The translations under genes were made by a program, and so were the position numbers. From an uncultured Victivallales bacterium (lineage in GTDB: Bacteria; Verrucomicrobiota; Lentisphaeria; Victivallales; UBA1829), in NCBI GenBank assembly GCA_934661375.1, contig CAKUJH010000005.1, forward strand, positions 2,498 to 66,497: a DNA stretch of 64,000 nucleotides. Direction: 5' to 3'. Below the pieces are notes generated by a model that saw only the letters and a program-made list of their open reading frames with translations, was not told where the DNA came from and did not search any database. Below are positions 24,937-34,726 of the stretch, piece after piece (the stretch's first letter is position 1; each line of letters opens with the position of its first letter).

Positions 24937-25944
24937 ATGACGTATCTGGACAAAGATGATCTTTACCCGCTGCTTTTTGAGCCGGCATACCGGCAGGTGA
25001 TCTGGGGCGGACATAAACTTGCGGAACGCTTCGGGCGTCCACTGCCGCCGGACGGTCCGCCGGTCGGGGAAGCATGGGAAATCTGCGACCGCCCGGAATA
25101 CGAAAGTCCGGTCGTCAACGGCTCCCTCGCTGGAACTTCGATCCGTGAACTGGTCGCCGCTTTCGGCAAGGATTTTGTGGGGCACTCTTTCAATGGCGGC
25201 CGTTTCCCTATTCTGGTGAAACTCATTGACGCCGAAAAACGCCTTTCTCTGCAAGTTCATCCCAGTGAAGCAGCTGCGGCGGAAATCGGCGGCGGAGCGG
25301 AAGCCAAAAACGAGATGTGGTATATTCTGGAAGCGGAAAAGAACGCCAAAATCATTGCCGGCCTCAGCCCGCGTTCGTCCAAAGTCCGTTTCATGGAAAA
25401 CCTCCATTCCCCCGACATTGAAAGCCAGCTGCAGGTGTTTGATTCTTTCCCCGGCGACGCCTATTACATTGCCGCGGGACGGGTTCATGCGATCGGCGGC
25501 GGCAATCTCCTGCTCGAAATTCAGCAGAACAGCAATACCACCTACCGGCTCAGCGACTGGGGACGCGTCGATGCCAACGGCAAATCCCGCGAACTCCATA
25601 TCGAACAGGCTCTCCGCTGCATTGATTTCATGGACCGCACGGTTTCACGTTTCACTGCGCCCAGCGACCTCGCCGGACACAACCGAAAGTATCCGGTCAT
25701 CAACCGCTGTCCGCATTTCAAGGTGGATGAACTGCTGCTCACTGCGGACTGGCACGATTCCACGGAAAACACCGCCAGCTTCCATCTGCTGACTGCGGTT
25801 TCCGGACCGTTCACTGTCGGACACGACCGGAAAACCGCCAGAGTCCCGCTCGGTTCAACCTGTCTGATCCCCGCATGTTTCGGCAGTTATTCCATCATTC
25901 CGGAACAGGAAGCCCAGACGGTCATCATACGCACCACATTATAA
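24937..25944 (+). CDS. manA: mannose-6-phosphate isomerase, class I
   Basis: Motifs IWGGHKL, LVKLIDAEKRLSLQVHP, EMWYILEAE, AGRVHAIGGG and LEIQQNSNTTYRLSDWGR are present. Confidence 0.85.
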   Translation: MTYLDKDDLYPLLFEPAYRQVIWGGHKLAERFGRPLPPDGPPVGEAWEICDRPEYESPVVNGSLAGTSIRELVAAFGKDFVGHSFNGGRFPILVKLIDAEKRLSLQVHPSEAAAAEIGGGAEAKNEMWYILEAEKNAKIIAGLSPRSSKVRFMENLHSPDIESQLQVFDSFPGDAYYIAAGRVHAIGGGNLLLEIQQNSNTTYRLSDWGRVDANGKSRELHIEQALRCIDFMDRTVSRFTAPSDLAGHNRKYPVINRCPHFKVDELLLTADWHDSTENTASFHLLTAVSGPFTVGHDRKTARVPLGSTCLIPACFGSYSIIPEQEAQTVIIRTTL

Positions 25945-25972
25945 TTTCATCAAGGAAAGGATTTTCCGTTTT

Positions 25973-27772
25973 ATGAACCTTCAATGCATACGCAGACTGG
26001 AAAAACAGCTTCAGACGGTTTTCCCGCAGGCGCAGATCCCGGCGGACTGGAGCATTGCTCCGGAACAGTGTCCCGCGGATATGAGCGGAGATGTTACCGT
26101 GAACTGCTTCCGTTTTGCCCGGATTTTCAAAGCCGCTCCCGATATGGTCGCGGAAAAAACTGTTGAACTGCTGAATGCCGATCCCGAAGTGCTGAAAGCC
26201 GAACGCATCAAGGCGTTTGTCAATATCACGCTCAAAGCCGATGCGCTGTTCCGGGATACGGTCGGAAACATTCCCGTTCTGCTTCAGGAAGGACAGCTGC
26301 CGCAGAATGCGCGCAAACGCATCCTGATCGAGTATTCCGCCCCCAACACCAATAAACCGCAGCACCTGGGACACGTCCGCAACAATACCATCGGCATGAG
26401 TGTCTGCAAACTCCTGTCCCGTGTCGGTCATGACGTTGTGCCGGTCAACCTGATCAATGACCGCGGCATTCATATCTGCAAATCCATGCTGGCATATCAG
26501 CGCTTCGGCAATGGCGATACTCCGGAAAAATCCGGAATCAAAGGCGACCATTTTGTCGGAAATTATTATGTCCGGTATAATATTGAACTGAAGAAACAGC
26601 TGGAAGCTCTCCGTGCCGCCAAACCGGAACTGGCGGAAAAATCCGATGACGAACTGTTTCTGGAAACGGAAATCGGCGCAGCCGCGCAGGAAATGCTCCG
26701 CAAATGGGAAAATTCTGATCCCGATACCGTCGCCCTCTGGAAACTCATGAATTCCTGGGTGATTGCCGGATTCAATGAAACCTATGCCCGCATGGGCGTG
26801 GAATTCCGTAAAACGTATCTGGAAAGCCAGACTTACCTGCTGGGCAAAGACAATGTCCGCAAAGGTCTGGAAGACGGCGTTTTCACCCGGCGCGAAGACG
26901 GGGCGGTCATTGCGGACTTGGGCAAGCTCGGCACAAAGGTGCTGCTGCGCAAGGACGGTACCAGCGTTTACATCACGCAGGACATCGGAACCACGCTGCT
27001 CAAACACCGGGAGTTCGAACCGGATGCCATGATCTGGGTGGTCGGCGATGAACAGATCCTTCATTTCCAGATGCTGTTCTCCATCCTGAAGAAAATGGGG
27101 CATGAATGGGCTTCGGATCTGCATCACCTGTCCTACGGCATGGTCAATCTGCCGACCGGGAAAATGAAAAGCCGTGAAGGCACGGTGGTGGATGCCGACG
27201 ACCTGTTCGATGAAATGCACGCTTTGGCGCGCACTGCGGCGCTGGAACGGGTTCCGGAAGGAACGGAACCGCCCGCCGATCTGGAGGATCGTTCCGAAAT
27301 CATCGGCATGGGCGCACTGAAATTCATGCTGCTCAAATTCAATCCGAAGACCACGATGATGTTTGACCCCCAGGCTTCGCTGAAATTCGAAGGCGATACC
27401 GGGCCGTATGTCCAGTATGTCTGCGCGCGTATTCATTCGATCGCGCGCAAAGCGGCGGAACGCGGCATCTGCGTGGATTCGGCGGCGGACTGGTCGCTCA
27501 CGGATTCCGCGGAGGAACGTTCGCTGGCGATTACGGCGGCGCGTTATCCGGAAGTTCTGAAAGCCGCCGCGGAAAAAATGGATTGTTCCGCAGTGGTCAA
27601 TTATCTGCTGGAACTGGCAAAAGCGTTCAACCGTTTCTATCGCGAAAAACAGGTGCTGAACGCGGAAAATCCGGCAGTGATCGCTTCGCGCATTGCGCTG
27701 TGTTTTGCCGTGCGCGATATTCTGGAAGACGGTCTGGCAACACTTACAATCGGTGTTCCCGAAGCCATGTAA
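25973..27772 (+). CDS. argS: arginine--tRNA ligase
   Basis: 599 aa with a HIGH-type PQHLGHVRNN, a KMSKS-type GKMKSREG, and the typical C-terminal ...PEAM. Confidence 0.95.
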   Translation: MNLQCIRRLEKQLQTVFPQAQIPADWSIAPEQCPADMSGDVTVNCFRFARIFKAAPDMVAEKTVELLNADPEVLKAERIKAFVNITLKADALFRDTVGNIPVLLQEGQLPQNARKRILIEYSAPNTNKPQHLGHVRNNTIGMSVCKLLSRVGHDVVPVNLINDRGIHICKSMLAYQRFGNGDTPEKSGIKGDHFVGNYYVRYNIELKKQLEALRAAKPELAEKSDDELFLETEIGAAAQEMLRKWENSDPDTVALWKLMNSWVIAGFNETYARMGVEFRKTYLESQTYLLGKDNVRKGLEDGVFTRREDGAVIADLGKLGTKVLLRKDGTSVYITQDIGTTLLKHREFEPDAMIWVVGDEQILHFQMLFSILKKMGHEWASDLHHLSYGMVNLPTGKMKSREGTVVDADDLFDEMHALARTAALERVPEGTEPPADLEDRSEIIGMGALKFMLLKFNPKTTMMFDPQASLKFEGDTGPYVQYVCARIHSIARKAAERGICVDSAADWSLTDSAEERSLAITAARYPEVLKAAAEKMDCSAVVNYLLELAKAFNRFYREKQVLNAENPAVIASRIALCFAVRDILEDGLATLTIGVPEAM

Positions 27773-27790
27773 TTCCACTCAGACTGAAAG

Positions 27791-27831
27791 AGACGGTTGG
27801 AGACTGAAAGGTTTTCAGCCGTCTTTTTTTT
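27791..27831 (+). terminator. intrinsic terminator after argS
   Basis: AGACGG...CTGAAAGGTTTTCAG...CCGTCT forms nested stems followed by an 8-T run, 19 nt after the argS stop. Confidence 0.65.
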
Positions 27832-27925
27832 GACAATATCAGAAAAATAAAGTTGAATAGTCGTTTAAATATGCTATGTTATAATACGGAATCCCGATGA
27901 AATCCAGAAAGAGGAGGATTTGAAC

Positions 27926-28291
27926 ATGAGAGCAAAATCAAGATCGAAGGCAAAAAGCAAAGACAGAAAAATTGAGAGTGTGTCTGTTTTTGAAATTCAT
28001 GCAAAACGGGTGTTTTTCTGCAGTCCGCCGCCCGTGTGTATCGCGGAAGGCGGAATGGATGTTTATTATGACGACGAATCCAGGGAAGAGCAGTATCTTT
28101 TTATTTCTGATTCAGATTTCGGTTTATGTATTGCCGTCTGCAAAAAGAGTTTTTTCGATGAACCTGCGGAAGACGAATCCGATGAAGCGGAAAGCATCAC
28201 CATTACAGAATTTCCTACGCAGAAAGCGGCATTGCAGTCTCCTTATCGGGAAGCATTCAAAAAAGTATTGAAAGCGTATAAAATGATTTGA
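27926..28291 (+). CDS. hypothetical protein (AT-rich orphan; basic N-terminus, acidic C-terminal half)
   Basis: AGAGGAGG lies 8 nt before ATG 27926. Upstream are TTGAAT (27853), a 16-nt spacer, and TATGTT/TATAAT (27875-27885). The 121-aa product has no motif I recognise. Confidence 0.5.
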   Translation: MRAKSRSKAKSKDRKIESVSVFEIHAKRVFFCSPPPVCIAEGGMDVYYDDESREEQYLFISDSDFGLCIAVCKKSFFDEPAEDESDEAESITITEFPTQKAALQSPYREAFKKVLKAYKMI

Positions 28292-28314
28292 ACCAAGTGA
28301 CGGACTGTCCGCTT

Positions 28315-28968
28315 TCAGCCGTTCAGGTTCAGCAGAGTGCGGAAATTGCGGTTCAGTATGGCGGACAGTTCTTCCGGTGTTTCGTTCCGCAATTCCGCGG
28401 TGCGGCGGTAAATGTCCGGGAGCGGAATTTTTGATTCATCCGTTTCCAGCAGAAAATCCGTGCCGGAAAGTTTTTCCGGAAAGCGGTGCAGGTGCATGAG
28501 CCAGACTGGCGACAGCGAAAGCAGACATCCGGCTTTCCGCAGAGCCATGGCGGTTTCCGGTTTTCCGCGGAATCCGTGAACCAGCCAGGGAATTTCCGGA
28601 TGTTTCCAGCACTGTTTGCGGAAATGGATGATTTCATAATGCAGCCGGACACAATGGATCACCATCGGGAGCGCGAGTTCCTGTGCCAGTTCGATCTGCT
28701 GCCGGAAAACGGCACGCTGTTTTTCCATGCGTACCGGAGCCAGCGGATCCAGCCCGCATTCCCCGATTGCGGAACAGGGGGTCTGCCGTACAGCGTTTTT
28801 CAGCTGTTCCAATGAGATGGAATCCGCGTCTTTCGGATGAATCCCCAATGAAAAATAAACTCCGGCAGGACGGCTTTCCGGCAGGAAATTCCAGTTCAGG
28901 TTGACCAGAGCGTTCTGATCCGGTTCCCGCGGGAGCCGGTGCGTGTGTGCGTCCGTCAGCGGAGTCAT
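28315..28968 (-). CDS. TatD-family metal-dependent hydrolase
   Basis: Motifs DAHTHRL, IGECGLD, MVIHCVR, HGFRG and LLETD are present. Confidence 0.85.
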   Translation of the reverse strand: MTPLTDAHTHRLPREPDQNALVNLNWNFLPESRPAGVYFSLGIHPKDADSISLEQLKNAVRQTPCSAIGECGLDPLAPVRMEKQRAVFRQQIELAQELALPMVIHCVRLHYEIIHFRKQCWKHPEIPWLVHGFRGKPETAMALRKAGCLLSLSPVWLMHLHRFPEKLSGTDFLLETDESKIPLPDIYRRTAELRNETPEELSAILNRNFRTLLNLNG

Positions 28969-29813
28969 TTGCGCTCCGCCAGTTTGCTGCGCATGGCGTC
29001 AAGCAGTTCGTCCGGAACAATCAGTGAACCGTCGCCGCAGCCCAGCCGGATGCCCGGATGATAGATGCCGTGATAATCCGTGCCGCCGGTCCGGAGCAGT
29101 CCGAATTCCTTTGCCATGGCGGACAGCATTTCCGTCTGCCGTGCCGTGAACACCGGGTAGCAGGTTTCGATACCGTCCAGTCCGTGCGGCGTCATGACTC
29201 TGAGGAAACGCCTGACCATGGAACGTTCGCCTCTGGCGCGGTATACCGGATGCGCCCAGAATGCCAGTCCGCCCGCGTCGTGAATGGCGCGTATGCTTTC
29301 ATCCGGCGAAGCCAGTACACGCGGCGTGTATGCCCGCGCACCCCGTTTGAGACAACGGTCGAAGGCGTCCTGTATGGTCGGGAAGAAACCTTTCTGAACC
29401 AGCATCTGCGCCATGTGCGGGCGTCCGACGCTTTCTCCTCCGGCGCAGATGCGCACTTCCTCTTCGGTAACGGCATATCCCATGGCGTTCAGCTTTTCGA
29501 GCATGATCCGGTTTCGGAGGTTGCGGTTCTCACGCGCATTTTCCAGAAACGTATTCAGCGATTCTGAATGCGGGTCGATGAACAGCCCGACAATATGAAT
29601 TTCCTTATTGTACAGGCTGGATGAGATTTCTACTCCGGGGACAGCAGTGATCGGCTGTCCCTCCGCCGCTTTCAGAAATTCCGGCAGCCCGGACAGTGTG
29701 TCGTGATCGGTCAGGGCGATTGCCGTCAAGCCCGCCTGAAGAGCGGCATGAAGCAGTTCTGCCGGGGTATCCGAACCGTCGGACGCCCGGCTGTGGGTAT
29801 GAAAATCAAGCAT
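28965..29813 (-). CDS. PHP-domain phosphoesterase (TrpH/YciV-like)
   Basis: MLDFHTHSRASDGS and IALTDHDT are present. ATG 29811-29813 is preferred to the track start at 29948. There is a 4-nt overlap with the TatD-like gene. Confidence 0.8.
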   Translation of the reverse strand: MLDFHTHSRASDGSDTPAELLHAALQAGLTAIALTDHDTLSGLPEFLKAAEGQPITAVPGVEISSSLYNKEIHIVGLFIDPHSESLNTFLENARENRNLRNRIMLEKLNAMGYAVTEEEVRICAGGESVGRPHMAQMLVQKGFFPTIQDAFDRCLKRGARAYTPRVLASPDESIRAIHDAGGLAFWAHPVYRARGERSMVRRFLRVMTPHGLDGIETCYPVFTARQTEMLSAMAKEFGLLRTGGTDYHGIYHPGIRLGCGDGSLIVPDELLDAMRSKLAERK

Positions 29814-29832
29814 GGAAAGAATACCTCTCCCG

Positions 29833-30465
29833 TCAGCAGGAAGTGGCGGCGATCCAGCTTTCGGCGATGAGTGCATGACCGGTGGGGGTCGGATGCACAC
29901 CGTCGGTTGTCCAGAAGGATTTTTCACGCCGACATGCGGCTGCGGCAAAAATACCGTCCAGCGGAATCAGCGTACAGACAAATTCTTCGGCAAGGTCGCG
30001 GACCGCCTGGATTTTCGGATCCAGATCGGCGCGCCAGCGGCGGAGTTCTTCGCGCAGCGGCAGCAGGAACGGTTCCATCAGAATGATTTTCGTTTCCGGC
30101 AGTTCCTTGCGGATACTGTCCAGAAGCGAATGATATACTTCGGCAAATTCCATAGTGCTGATGGAAATATCGCCGTCGTAACGGGTTGCCACGTCGTTGA
30201 TCCCGACCTGAACGGTCAGCACCTGGGGCTTGTGGTTCAGAACATCGCGCTGCCAGCGGTTTGCCAAGTCCGAAACGCGGTTTCCGGCGACGCCGGAATT
30301 GACGAACGTCAGTTCCAGTTCCGGGTGTCTCACGCCCATTTCGGACGCGATGAACACGGGGTAGCCGTGACCGAGGTAATTGATGTCGTCGCAAAGCGAG
30401 CTGCCGCAGTCGGTGATGCTGTCGCCGATGAAAAGGATTTTATCTCCCTGATTGAGTTTTATCAT
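29833..30465 (-). CDS. SGNH/GDSL-family hydrolase
   Basis: Block I FIGDSITD, GVAGNR, VGINDV and block V DGVHPT are present. AGGAGG lies before ATG 30463-30465. Confidence 0.8.
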   Translation of the reverse strand: MIKLNQGDKILFIGDSITDCGSSLCDDINYLGHGYPVFIASEMGVRHPELELTFVNSGVAGNRVSDLANRWQRDVLNHKPQVLTVQVGINDVATRYDGDISISTMEFAEVYHSLLDSIRKELPETKIILMEPFLLPLREELRRWRADLDPKIQAVRDLAEEFVCTLIPLDGIFAAAACRREKSFWTTDGVHPTPTGHALIAESWIAATSC

Positions 30466-30789
30466 GATTGATGCCTCCTGAATCTCTCTTTTAGGTCTAT
30501 GCGGCAATGTAGCTGTCTTTCAGGTATGCGTCAAGTGAAATCCGGCCTGTTTTTGCGGAAAAAACAGAAAAAATATCCGATTCGCGGGAAAATGCCCGGT
30601 TTTTGCCGGAAAAACAATCTCTTTTCGGTAAAATATATGAACAGTCTCCGTGTATGCCGCGAATCAGCGTGTTTAATATATCAAGAATTTTGTTTGATAT
30701 TCTTTGCTTTCTGATTTGAATTACGGAAAGAATAATGTATAGTATATCATACTTTGAAATAATATATCAAACAAAAAGAGGAGAGAATC

Positions 30790-31392
30790 ATGGAAATTTT
30801 TCTGAAAGACGCATTCAAGATATCCATTCTGCTGAATCCGTTTGCTGTGCTGTCCACCTTCATCGCCCTGACCGGGAGCCGGACGTCCGGACAGCGTTTG
30901 CGGATCATGATTCATACTTGTCTGGCGGCTTTGGCGGCAGGAGCCGTGGTGCTGTTCAGCGGCAACATTATTTTCTCGCTGATCGACATCAATCTGAATC
31001 TGTTCAAAGTCGGCGGCGGAATTGTGCTGATGATCTGTTCCATTTCGCTGGTCTGGGGCAATGAACGTTCGGTGCGCAAGGCGGATCCGTCGGACACTTC
31101 GATTTCCGTGGTGCCGCTGGCTGTTCCGATGGCGGTCGGTCCCGGCACGGCTGCGGGGCTGATTATCATCGGCAGTGAGCATGGCGGCTCGTTCCTGACA
31201 TCCTGCGGCAATCTGGCTGCGCTGGCGGTCGGGGTGTTGGTACTGGGCGGGGTTCTGCTGCTGGGGGTGTGGTCGGACAAGATACTGAACCGCACCATGA
31301 TTTCCGTGATTACGCGTCTGACGGGTCTGTTTCTTTCCGCCATCGCCGCGAAGATGATTCTGGAAGGCGTGAAGATCTGCCTGAATCTGTAA
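30790..31392 (+). CDS. MarC-family (UPF0056) integral membrane protein
   Basis: 200 aa with about six hydrophobic segments. LNPFAVLSTFIALTG is an N-terminal MarC-type motif. It is a paralogue of 53036-53650. Confidence 0.75.
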   Translation: MEIFLKDAFKISILLNPFAVLSTFIALTGSRTSGQRLRIMIHTCLAALAAGAVVLFSGNIIFSLIDINLNLFKVGGGIVLMICSISLVWGNERSVRKADPSDTSISVVPLAVPMAVGPGTAAGLIIIGSEHGGSFLTSCGNLAALAVGVLVLGGVLLLGVWSDKILNRTMISVITRLTGLFLSAIAAKMILEGVKICLNL

Positions 31393-31416
31393 CGGCAGAT
31401 CTTCCGCTCCGTATTT

Positions 31417-32178
31417 TCAAGGGGTATTTTTCCGGATCAGTTCCCGGAGTTTAGCTGACAGGGCGGCGGTATCTTCCGCAATGGCACGCCATTGCATGAA
31501 ACGTTTTTCCCAGAAAGGACCGGCACAGAAACCGCCCAGCAGAACCCGTCCGCGGGTTGCCAGCGTTTCTTCGCGGATGAAGTCAATGGCATGAATGATT
31601 TCCGGATCGTCCCATTGTCCGGCTTTGCCGTAAGAGCCGGACAGGTCGCAAGGTCCGATGCAGACCGAGCCGACACCTTCCACCTGAAGAATTTCCTTCA
31701 GATTCTCCACGGCGGTTCTGTGTTCGATCTGCAGAATGACATGCGGTGCCGTGCGGGAACTTTCCAGATATTCGGGGAAGGGGATCGCCCCGAAGTTGTG
31801 GTTGCGCCGCAGCGAGTAACCGCGCTCTCCGCCGAAGTCCGGATAGCGGCAGAAACTCACCGCCTGCCGGGCGTCCTCCGCTGTTTTGATCATCGGAATG
31901 ATGACGCCGGCTGGGTTCAGGTCCAGCACGGGTTTCAGCAGATGCGGAAGATTTGCGCCGACCCGGACGAACGGGGCGCAGCGGGTTCCTTTGGTGCTGA
32001 GAATATGGTGATAGATGTCATGAATGGTCAGCGGCGAGTGTTCTCCGTCGATCCAGATGAAATCCATGCCGCACGCCGCCGCCAGTTCGGAGACCGCCGG
32101 ATCGGAGGAGGTTACCACCAGTCCCAGCGGAACTTCCCCGCGTTGTATTTTTTCCAGAAAAAAGTTCAGATTGTTCAT
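31417..32178 (-). CDS. HpcH/HpaI-family class II aldolase (2-keto-3-deoxy-sugar-acid aldolase-like)
   Basis: SELAAACGMDFIWIDGEHSPL...APFVRV...GVIIPMIKTAEDARQAV...YPDFGGERGY matches the HpcH/HpaI layout. Confidence 0.8.
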   Translation of the reverse strand: MNNLNFFLEKIQRGEVPLGLVVTSSDPAVSELAAACGMDFIWIDGEHSPLTIHDIYHHILSTKGTRCAPFVRVGANLPHLLKPVLDLNPAGVIIPMIKTAEDARQAVSFCRYPDFGGERGYSLRRNHNFGAIPFPEYLESSRTAPHVILQIEHRTAVENLKEILQVEGVGSVCIGPCDLSGSYGKAGQWDDPEIIHAIDFIREETLATRGRVLLGGFCAGPFWEKRFMQWRAIAEDTAALSAKLRELIRKNTP

Positions 32179-32257
32179 GTTTTCCTTGCCGGAATTTTTC
32201 CTTGTTCCGATCCGAATCCATTGAGACGGACCGGAATTCCGGAATTTTTTCCTTGAA

Positions 32258-34684
32258 TTATTTTTTCTGTTCCGGACGCAGCAGCACTACACTGTCCAGA
32301 TAGATGGCGTTGTCCTTTGTCGACCCCTTGACCCATTCCGGACCGGTGAATTTCAGGGATACCCAGCAGTCCCAGAGATTGATTTCGCGGCTGCCGTCGC
32401 CCAGCACGAACAGGTGCGCCAGTTCCACTTGAATCGCCCATCCCTGCCCCCAGAGATACGAGGCGGAATTCAGCACTTCGGATTTCGGGAACTTGTACCA
32501 GTGATACTTTTCATCCTGCGGAATCTGCGTGATGTTCATGGATGTATTGCCGAACTTGAAAAATGCCGGGGCAACATGAATGGTCTTGGTTGCGGCGATT
32601 TTTTTGCCGACGCCGTGCCAGTCCTTGTTCAGCCCGGATGCCTTGATGGCTTGTCCGTACAGCGACTGGGGATCTTCCACGATGGCAGAGCCGATGTGCT
32701 TGAACTGACGGAATTTAGACGGTCCGACCACACGCACCAGTTCCGGGGATATGCTTTTGAACTTCTGCGGAATCGGGTATTTCAGCGACAGAATCTTTAT
32801 GGTGTCATCCACGGTTTTGCGCGGACGCGTCATATCTGCGCCGTTCAGGCGGGTGATGAATTCTTCGGTGTAGAGCTTGTATTCCGCCATCAGCTGTTTT
32901 TCAGACGTGCCGATTTTGTCCAGAGCCGCCTTGTAGTCGTCGCTGTTCTGAATCATCAGATAAAGCAGCGGAATCATTTCATAGTGCAGCCGTTTCCGGT
33001 AGACGCTGCCCGGTTCGGTCAGTTTTTCGGCTTCTTTGAATTTCTGATAGGATTCCATCATGAAACGGAGGGTCATGTGCGGCCAGTTGGCGACCCGGTT
33101 GGTCAGCTGATGCTGCTTGCAGTCCCGGACGCCCTTGCGGATGGTTTCCAGGTATTCCCGGAGCATGGGAGCGGCGGGTCCGTAGTATCCGTTCATGAAG
33201 ATTTCAATCAGCTGTTCCATATCCTTTTCCGGATCCAGAGCCAGCTGGGCATACAGGAATTTGGTCATTTCGGCGAAATTCTGCACCAGAACTTCGCTGG
33301 TTTCACATTCATAGAAAACCGCCAGCACATTGCTGTCGCGGAACAGCCGGAGATCATCCTTGAATGAGTCGATGACCGTTTCAATGCGGGGCGGGTAGAA
33401 ATACCGGTCGCCGATGTTGCCGTAATCCCAGAGAGACATGCGGCCGCCGCTGTTCAGCCAGGATTTCAGCTGCGCGAGCAGTTCCTGGTTGATGCTGTGG
33501 GTGAGCGGACGGAAGCAGTCCGAACGGGAAAAGGAATCGCAATACTGCCACAGCACATTGGGGGCGGCTTTCGTGGAAACCGGCGGATATTTGACGCCGT
33601 TGTATGCCGCAAAGGTGCGGATGATCACATCCGGATATTTCTTCCGGACATTGTCCGCCAGATAATTGACCAGATCCAGCAGCAGGTCGGCGTTGGAGCC
33701 TTTTTCCTTGACCAGTTTTCTGCATTCCGGGCAGAGACATACTTTGGTATAGGAATCCAGCGCGGAGAAGTCATAGACCACCGGCCAGTCGGCGCTGGTC
33801 CCGGTTTCTCGGTCCTTCGCAATGGTTTTCAGCATGTTTTCCAGCGCAATCCGCTTGACATCCCTGTTCGTGTAGCAGTACGTGGTGTTCACCGCGGTTT
33901 TGTCAAAAAGAATCTTGGGACGAACCCGTTTGCCATGTTCGTCCATGGCAAAGTATTCCGGATGTTTCTCATACAGCGTCGGGTCGACGTAATAGGACAT
34001 GGTATGATAACCGGGGACCTGCTGCGTGAGTTTGAAGTGTCGGGAAAGATAGAACGCATCCTGAATTTCCTTGCGGCCGATGCCGTGTCCGCCGTTGTAA
34101 CGGTTGCGCAAACGGTGCAGCCAATACGCATTGACCTGTTCTTTCGGAACTTTGGTGTAGGTCATCATCCAGGGCAGCCCGTCATAGAAATTGCGTCCGG
34201 CGATGGCAGGTTTCTTGCGTTCGTTGAGCTGATTCATGGCAAGAGACGGACGGTTCGGCACGATTTCCTGATCCGGGGTGAGACTCCAGCATCCGGCTTT
34301 TTCCAGCAGGGAACGGACCGCATAATATGTCCCGGCAGGCTGTCCGCCGGTCAGGTACAGTTCATTTCCCTTGTCCAGAATCTGCCATTCCTCGTCCTGA
34401 AATACGGCAGCGTCAATGCCTTGTTCGGCAGCGGCGCGTGTATTGCCCAGATAAATTGCCGGCCCGTTCTTCTTTCCGCTTTCCGGCAGAACCGTGAATT
34501 CTGCTCCGGTCATTTTCTCCAGATACGTTTTCAGTTCATCCACTGCCTGTTTGTCCAGTCCCGCCATCCGGTCGGAATGAACCAGCACGCAGGATGCTTT
34601 CCCGTCTCTGGCAAATTCGAAGGCGTGGACGGACGCCATCATCGCCGTCATCAGAAACAGACTTGTCATCAATTTGACTTTCAT
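32258..34684 (-). CDS. secreted DUF4838-like putative glycoside hydrolase
   Basis: 808 aa with a signal peptide MKVKLMTSLFLMTAMMASVHA. It has an N-terminal A.DELKTYLEKMTG..F pattern and a CLCPEC motif, as I recall for DUF4838 proteins. Similarity is by eye. Confidence 0.6.
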   Translation of the reverse strand: MKVKLMTSLFLMTAMMASVHAFEFARDGKASCVLVHSDRMAGLDKQAVDELKTYLEKMTGAEFTVLPESGKKNGPAIYLGNTRAAAEQGIDAAVFQDEEWQILDKGNELYLTGGQPAGTYYAVRSLLEKAGCWSLTPDQEIVPNRPSLAMNQLNERKKPAIAGRNFYDGLPWMMTYTKVPKEQVNAYWLHRLRNRYNGGHGIGRKEIQDAFYLSRHFKLTQQVPGYHTMSYYVDPTLYEKHPEYFAMDEHGKRVRPKILFDKTAVNTTYCYTNRDVKRIALENMLKTIAKDRETGTSADWPVVYDFSALDSYTKVCLCPECRKLVKEKGSNADLLLDLVNYLADNVRKKYPDVIIRTFAAYNGVKYPPVSTKAAPNVLWQYCDSFSRSDCFRPLTHSINQELLAQLKSWLNSGGRMSLWDYGNIGDRYFYPPRIETVIDSFKDDLRLFRDSNVLAVFYECETSEVLVQNFAEMTKFLYAQLALDPEKDMEQLIEIFMNGYYGPAAPMLREYLETIRKGVRDCKQHQLTNRVANWPHMTLRFMMESYQKFKEAEKLTEPGSVYRKRLHYEMIPLLYLMIQNSDDYKAALDKIGTSEKQLMAEYKLYTEEFITRLNGADMTRPRKTVDDTIKILSLKYPIPQKFKSISPELVRVVGPSKFRQFKHIGSAIVEDPQSLYGQAIKASGLNKDWHGVGKKIAATKTIHVAPAFFKFGNTSMNITQIPQDEKYHWYKFPKSEVLNSASYLWGQGWAIQVELAHLFVLGDGSREINLWDCWVSLKFTGPEWVKGSTKDNAIYLDSVVLLRPEQKK

Positions 34685-34726
34685 ACCATCTCCTGTTGTT
34701 TTTTTATGTTCAGGGGTTAAAATTTG

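Noticed and set aside
25925-27778. 617-aa minus-strand ORF opposite argS
   Set aside because: This is an antisense artefact. The + strand has the HIGH and KMSKS motifs of ArgRS.
29814-29948. Upstream extensions of several ORFs chosen by the track (PHP 29948, SGNH 30507, HypE 12266, HypA 13302, HypB 13610, LacZ 43876, ThiM 40563, LacI 48947, GH 38014, QueE 3637)
   Set aside because: In each case family homology begins at an internal ATG/GTG with a better SD. The upstream codons overlap the preceding gene or an intergenic terminator or promoter.
30499-30714. 71-aa + strand ORF in the SGNH/MarC intergenic region
   Set aside because: It has no SD and an implausible Cys/Arg/Phe-rich sequence. 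The region is better explained as regulatory DNA (paired palindromic motif, promoter).
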